NCBI RefSeq assembly: GCF_009914755.1
Contig: NC_060931.1
Direction: 5' to 3' (one strand)
Length of the DNA stretch: 64,000 bases
Source of the DNA: the human T2T-CHM13v2.0 reference genome, Homo sapiens
Below the pieces are notes generated by a model. That model was not told the origin of the DNA. It worked only from the letters and a program-made list of their open reading frames with translations, and made no database searches. The translations under genes and the position numbers were made by a program. This document shows positions 60,386 to 64,000 of the stretch, in pieces; the first letter of the stretch is position 1, and each line of letters begins with the position of its first letter.

Positions 60386-63300
60386 TTAAGAGGAAAATTC
60401 ATAGCACTAAATGCTGACATCAAAAAGCCAAAAAATCTCAAATTAACAACCTAACTTTACAACTTAAAGCATTAGAAAAGCATGAACAAATCAACAAAGT
60501 TAGCAGAAGATGAGATGTAACAGAAATCAGAGCTGAACTGAGGAAAACAGAGACATGAAAACCATTCAGAAGATCAATGAATCCAGGAGTAGGCTTTTTG
60601 AAAAAAATTAATAAAATAGGCCATTAGCTAGACTAATAAAGAAGAGAGAATATCAAATAAACACAATTAGACATGAGGAAGAAAATGTTACTACTGACCC
60701 CATAGGAAAAAAAAAATCAGAAACCTCTAAACCCAAAAAGTAGAAAACCTAGAAGAGATGGACACATTCCTGGACACATACACTCTCCCAAGACCCAGCC
60801 AGGAGGAAACTGATTCCCTGAACAGACTAATAATGAGTTCCGAGTTTGAATCAGTAATGAATTGCTGACTAACTAAAAAAAGTCTGAGGCCTGATGGATT
60901 CACAGCTGAATTTTACCATATGTAAAAAGAAGAGCTAGTACCATTCCTACAGAAACTATTCCAAAAAATGGAGGAAGAGGGGCTCCTCCCCAACCCTCAT
61001 TCTATGAGGCCAGCATCATCTTGATACCAAAACTTGGCAGAGACACAGCGAAAAAAGAAAACTTCAGGCCAATCGAGTAGGCTTCATCCCCGGGACACGA
61101 GATTGGTTCAACATATGCAAATCAGTAAATGTGATTAATCACATCAACAGAGCTAAAGGCAAAAACCACATGATTATCTCAATAGACCCAGAAAAGGCTT
61201 CTGATAAAATTTAACACTTCTTCATGTTAAAAATTCTCAATAAATTAGGTATCAAAGGAACATACCTCAAAATAATAAGCACCATCCATGACAAATCCAC
61301 AGCCAACATTACACTGAATGGGCCAAAGCTGGAAGCAATCCCCTTGAAAACCAGCACAAGACAAGGATGCCCTCTTTCACCACTTCTATTCAACACAGTA
61401 TTGGAGGTCCTAGCCAGAGCAACCAGGCAAGAGGAAGAAATAAAGAGCATCTAAATAGGAAGAGAAGAAGTTAAGCTACCTCTGTTTGCAGATGACATGA
61501 TTCTATATCTAGAAAACCCCATAGTCTTGGCCCAAAAGCTCCTTCAGCTGATAAACAACTTCAGCAAAGTTTCAGGATACAAAATCAATGCACAAAAATC
61601 ACTAGCATTCCTATACATCACCAACAGCCAAACTGAAAGCTAAATCAGAAAGGCAATACCATTCATAATTGTCAAAAAAGAATAAAACATCTAGGAATAC
61701 AGGTAACCAGGGAGGTAAAAGATCTCTACAATGAGAACTACAAAACACTGCTCAAAGAAATCAGAGAAGACACAAACAAATGGAAGAACATCCCATGCTC
61801 ATGGATAGGAAGAATCAGTATGATTACAATGGCTATACTGCCCAAAGCAATCTTCAGATTCAATGCTATTCCTATCAAACTACCAATGATATTCTTCACA
61901 GAACGAAAAACAAACTATTTTAAAATTCAGATGGGACCAAAAAAGAGCCTGAATAGCCAAGGCAATCCTAAGCTAAAAGAACAAAGCTGGAGACATCACG
62001 TTACCTGACTTCAAACTAAACTACAAGGCTACCATAACCAAAACAGAATGGTACTGGTACAAAAACAGGCACATAGACCAATGGAACAGAATAGAAAGCC
62101 CAGAAATAAGGTCGCACATCTGTGACCATCTGATCTTCAACAATGCTGACAAAAGCAAGCAGTGGGGAAAAGATTTCCTATTCAAGAAATGGTGCTGGGC
62201 TAACTGGCTAGTCATACACAGAAGATTGAAACTGGACCCCTTCCTTACACCATACACAAAAATCAACTCAAGATGGATTAAATACTTACATGCAAAACCC
62301 AAAACTATAAAACCCTGGAAGACAACCTAGGCAATACTATCCTGAACAAAGGAATAGGCAAAGATTTCATGACAAAGACATCAGAAGCAATCACAATAAA
62401 AGGCAAAATTGCCAAGCGGGATCTAATTAAACCTAAGAGCTTCTGCACAGCAAAAGAAATTATCAACAGAGTAAACAGACAATCTACAAAAAGGGAGAAA
62501 ATATTTGCAAACTATGCATCTGACAAAGGTCTAAGATCCAGAATCCATAAGGAACTTAAACAAATTCACAAGGGAAAAACAAACAACCCCATTAAAAGGT
62601 GGGCAAAAGACATGAACAGACACTTCTCAAAAGAAGACGAAGACATACATGCAGCCAGCAATCACATGAAAAAATGCTCAACACCACTGATCATTAGAGA
62701 AATGCAAATCAAAACCGCAATGAGATACCATCTCACACCAGTCAGAATGGCTATCATTAAAAAGACAAAAAAATAAGATGCTGGTGAGGTTGCAGAGAAA
62801 AGGGAACACTTATACGCTGTGGTGGGAGTGTAAATTAGTTCAACCATTGTGGAAGGCAGTATGGTGATTCCTCAAAGGGCTAAAAGCAGAACTACCATTT
62901 GACCCAGCAATCCCATTACTGGCTATATATCCAGAGGAATATAAATCATTCTACCATAAAAACATATGCATGTGCATGTTCATCGCAGCACTATTCACAA
63001 TAGCAAAGACATGCAATCAACCTAAATGCCCATCAATGACATAGTGGATAAAGAAATTGTGGTACATATACACCATGGAATACTATGCAGCCATAAAAAT
63101 AACAAGATCATGTCTTTTGTGGGAACATGGATGGAGCTGGATGCTATTATCCTCAGCAACCTATTGCAGGAACAGAAAACCAAATACTATGTGTTCTCAC
63201 TTATAAGTGGGATCTAAATAATGAGAACTTACGAACACAAAGAAGGAAACAACAGACACTGGGGTCGACTTGACAGGGGAGGGTGGGAGGAGGGAGAGGA

Positions 63301-64000
63301 GCAGAAATGATAACTACAGGGTACTGGGCCTAATACCTGGGTGATGAAATAATATGTACAACAAATCTCCATGACACGTGTTTACCTATGTAACAACCCT
63401 TCACATGTGCCCCCAAACCTAATATAAAAGTTACAAAAAAATTAAAAAACTTTGTAAATGAAATAATAAGTTGAAAAAGTAGAGGACAGTGAAATAATAT
63501 TTTTCTATAAATAGCTAAATTCATAGATGGAAATTTCATAAAACAGATATTCTTTAAAACAACAAGAATGTAAAGAGAAACAGGACTGCTCAAAAATAAT
63601 AACTATGAACTTGGGAATATAAAATACATATCTACATATTAATATTTGAGTATTTAGCTTTAATGTGGTTAAGTTTTTTAAAAATCACAGCAAGCATTTG
63701 CAAATAACTATTCCAAATGCTCCAAAGTTTTCTAATACACTGAACCAAAACCATTTTACTCTATTTTAAAAGATTTCTGTAAATATTGGATTAGGAACTA
63801 TGATTATTATTCTCAGGATACCTATGACATGGATGAGCAAGACACATATGAAACAGGTTTGGAATAACACCATAGTGTTTGTGGCTAGGTGTGATGTGAT
63901 CAGATTAGATTGTCACATAACCTCCGAGGAAGAAAAATCAATCTTGGAGGAGGTTGGGCTGCAGCTTGCCCAGAGCCAAAGCAGGATTTGGACTAGCACA

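Noticed and set aside
61224-63217. RT and C-terminal ORF2-like ORFs
   Set aside because: Degenerate L1 remnants.

Overview
Human (or very closely related great-ape) genomic DNA, recognised from the encoded peptides as the HBP1-COG5 junction (human 7q22.3). The + strand carries the last eight exons of HBP1 (probably exons 4-11; AXH domain, IxCxE motif, HMG box, stop at 17485, 3'UTR to ~18575). The - strand carries the last five exons of COG5 (probably exons 18-22; stop at 19570-19572), whose 3'UTR runs towards and apparently into the HBP1 last exon. I located all exon boundaries by eye at GT/AG sites, and the reading frames join correctly. The rest is intronic repeat DNA: about 27 Alus, three large old L1 copies, an LTR (MER21-like), hAT MERs, MIR and L2 fragments. 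Repeat boundaries and subfamily calls are approximate. I see no new protein-coding gene or unmistakable new biological system. The most interesting signals are regulatory and cluster in the convergent 3' ends: antisense overlap with dual-use poly(A)/splice signals, a palindromic bidirectional poly(A) signal, a possible bistable hairpin over miR-17/19/130 sites, a CTCF-like motif, an intronic poly(A) signal that could give a UTR-less HBP1 isoform, inverted-Alu pairs (circRNA/editing candidates) and an unexplained nested direct-repeat mosaic. All of these are hypotheses.
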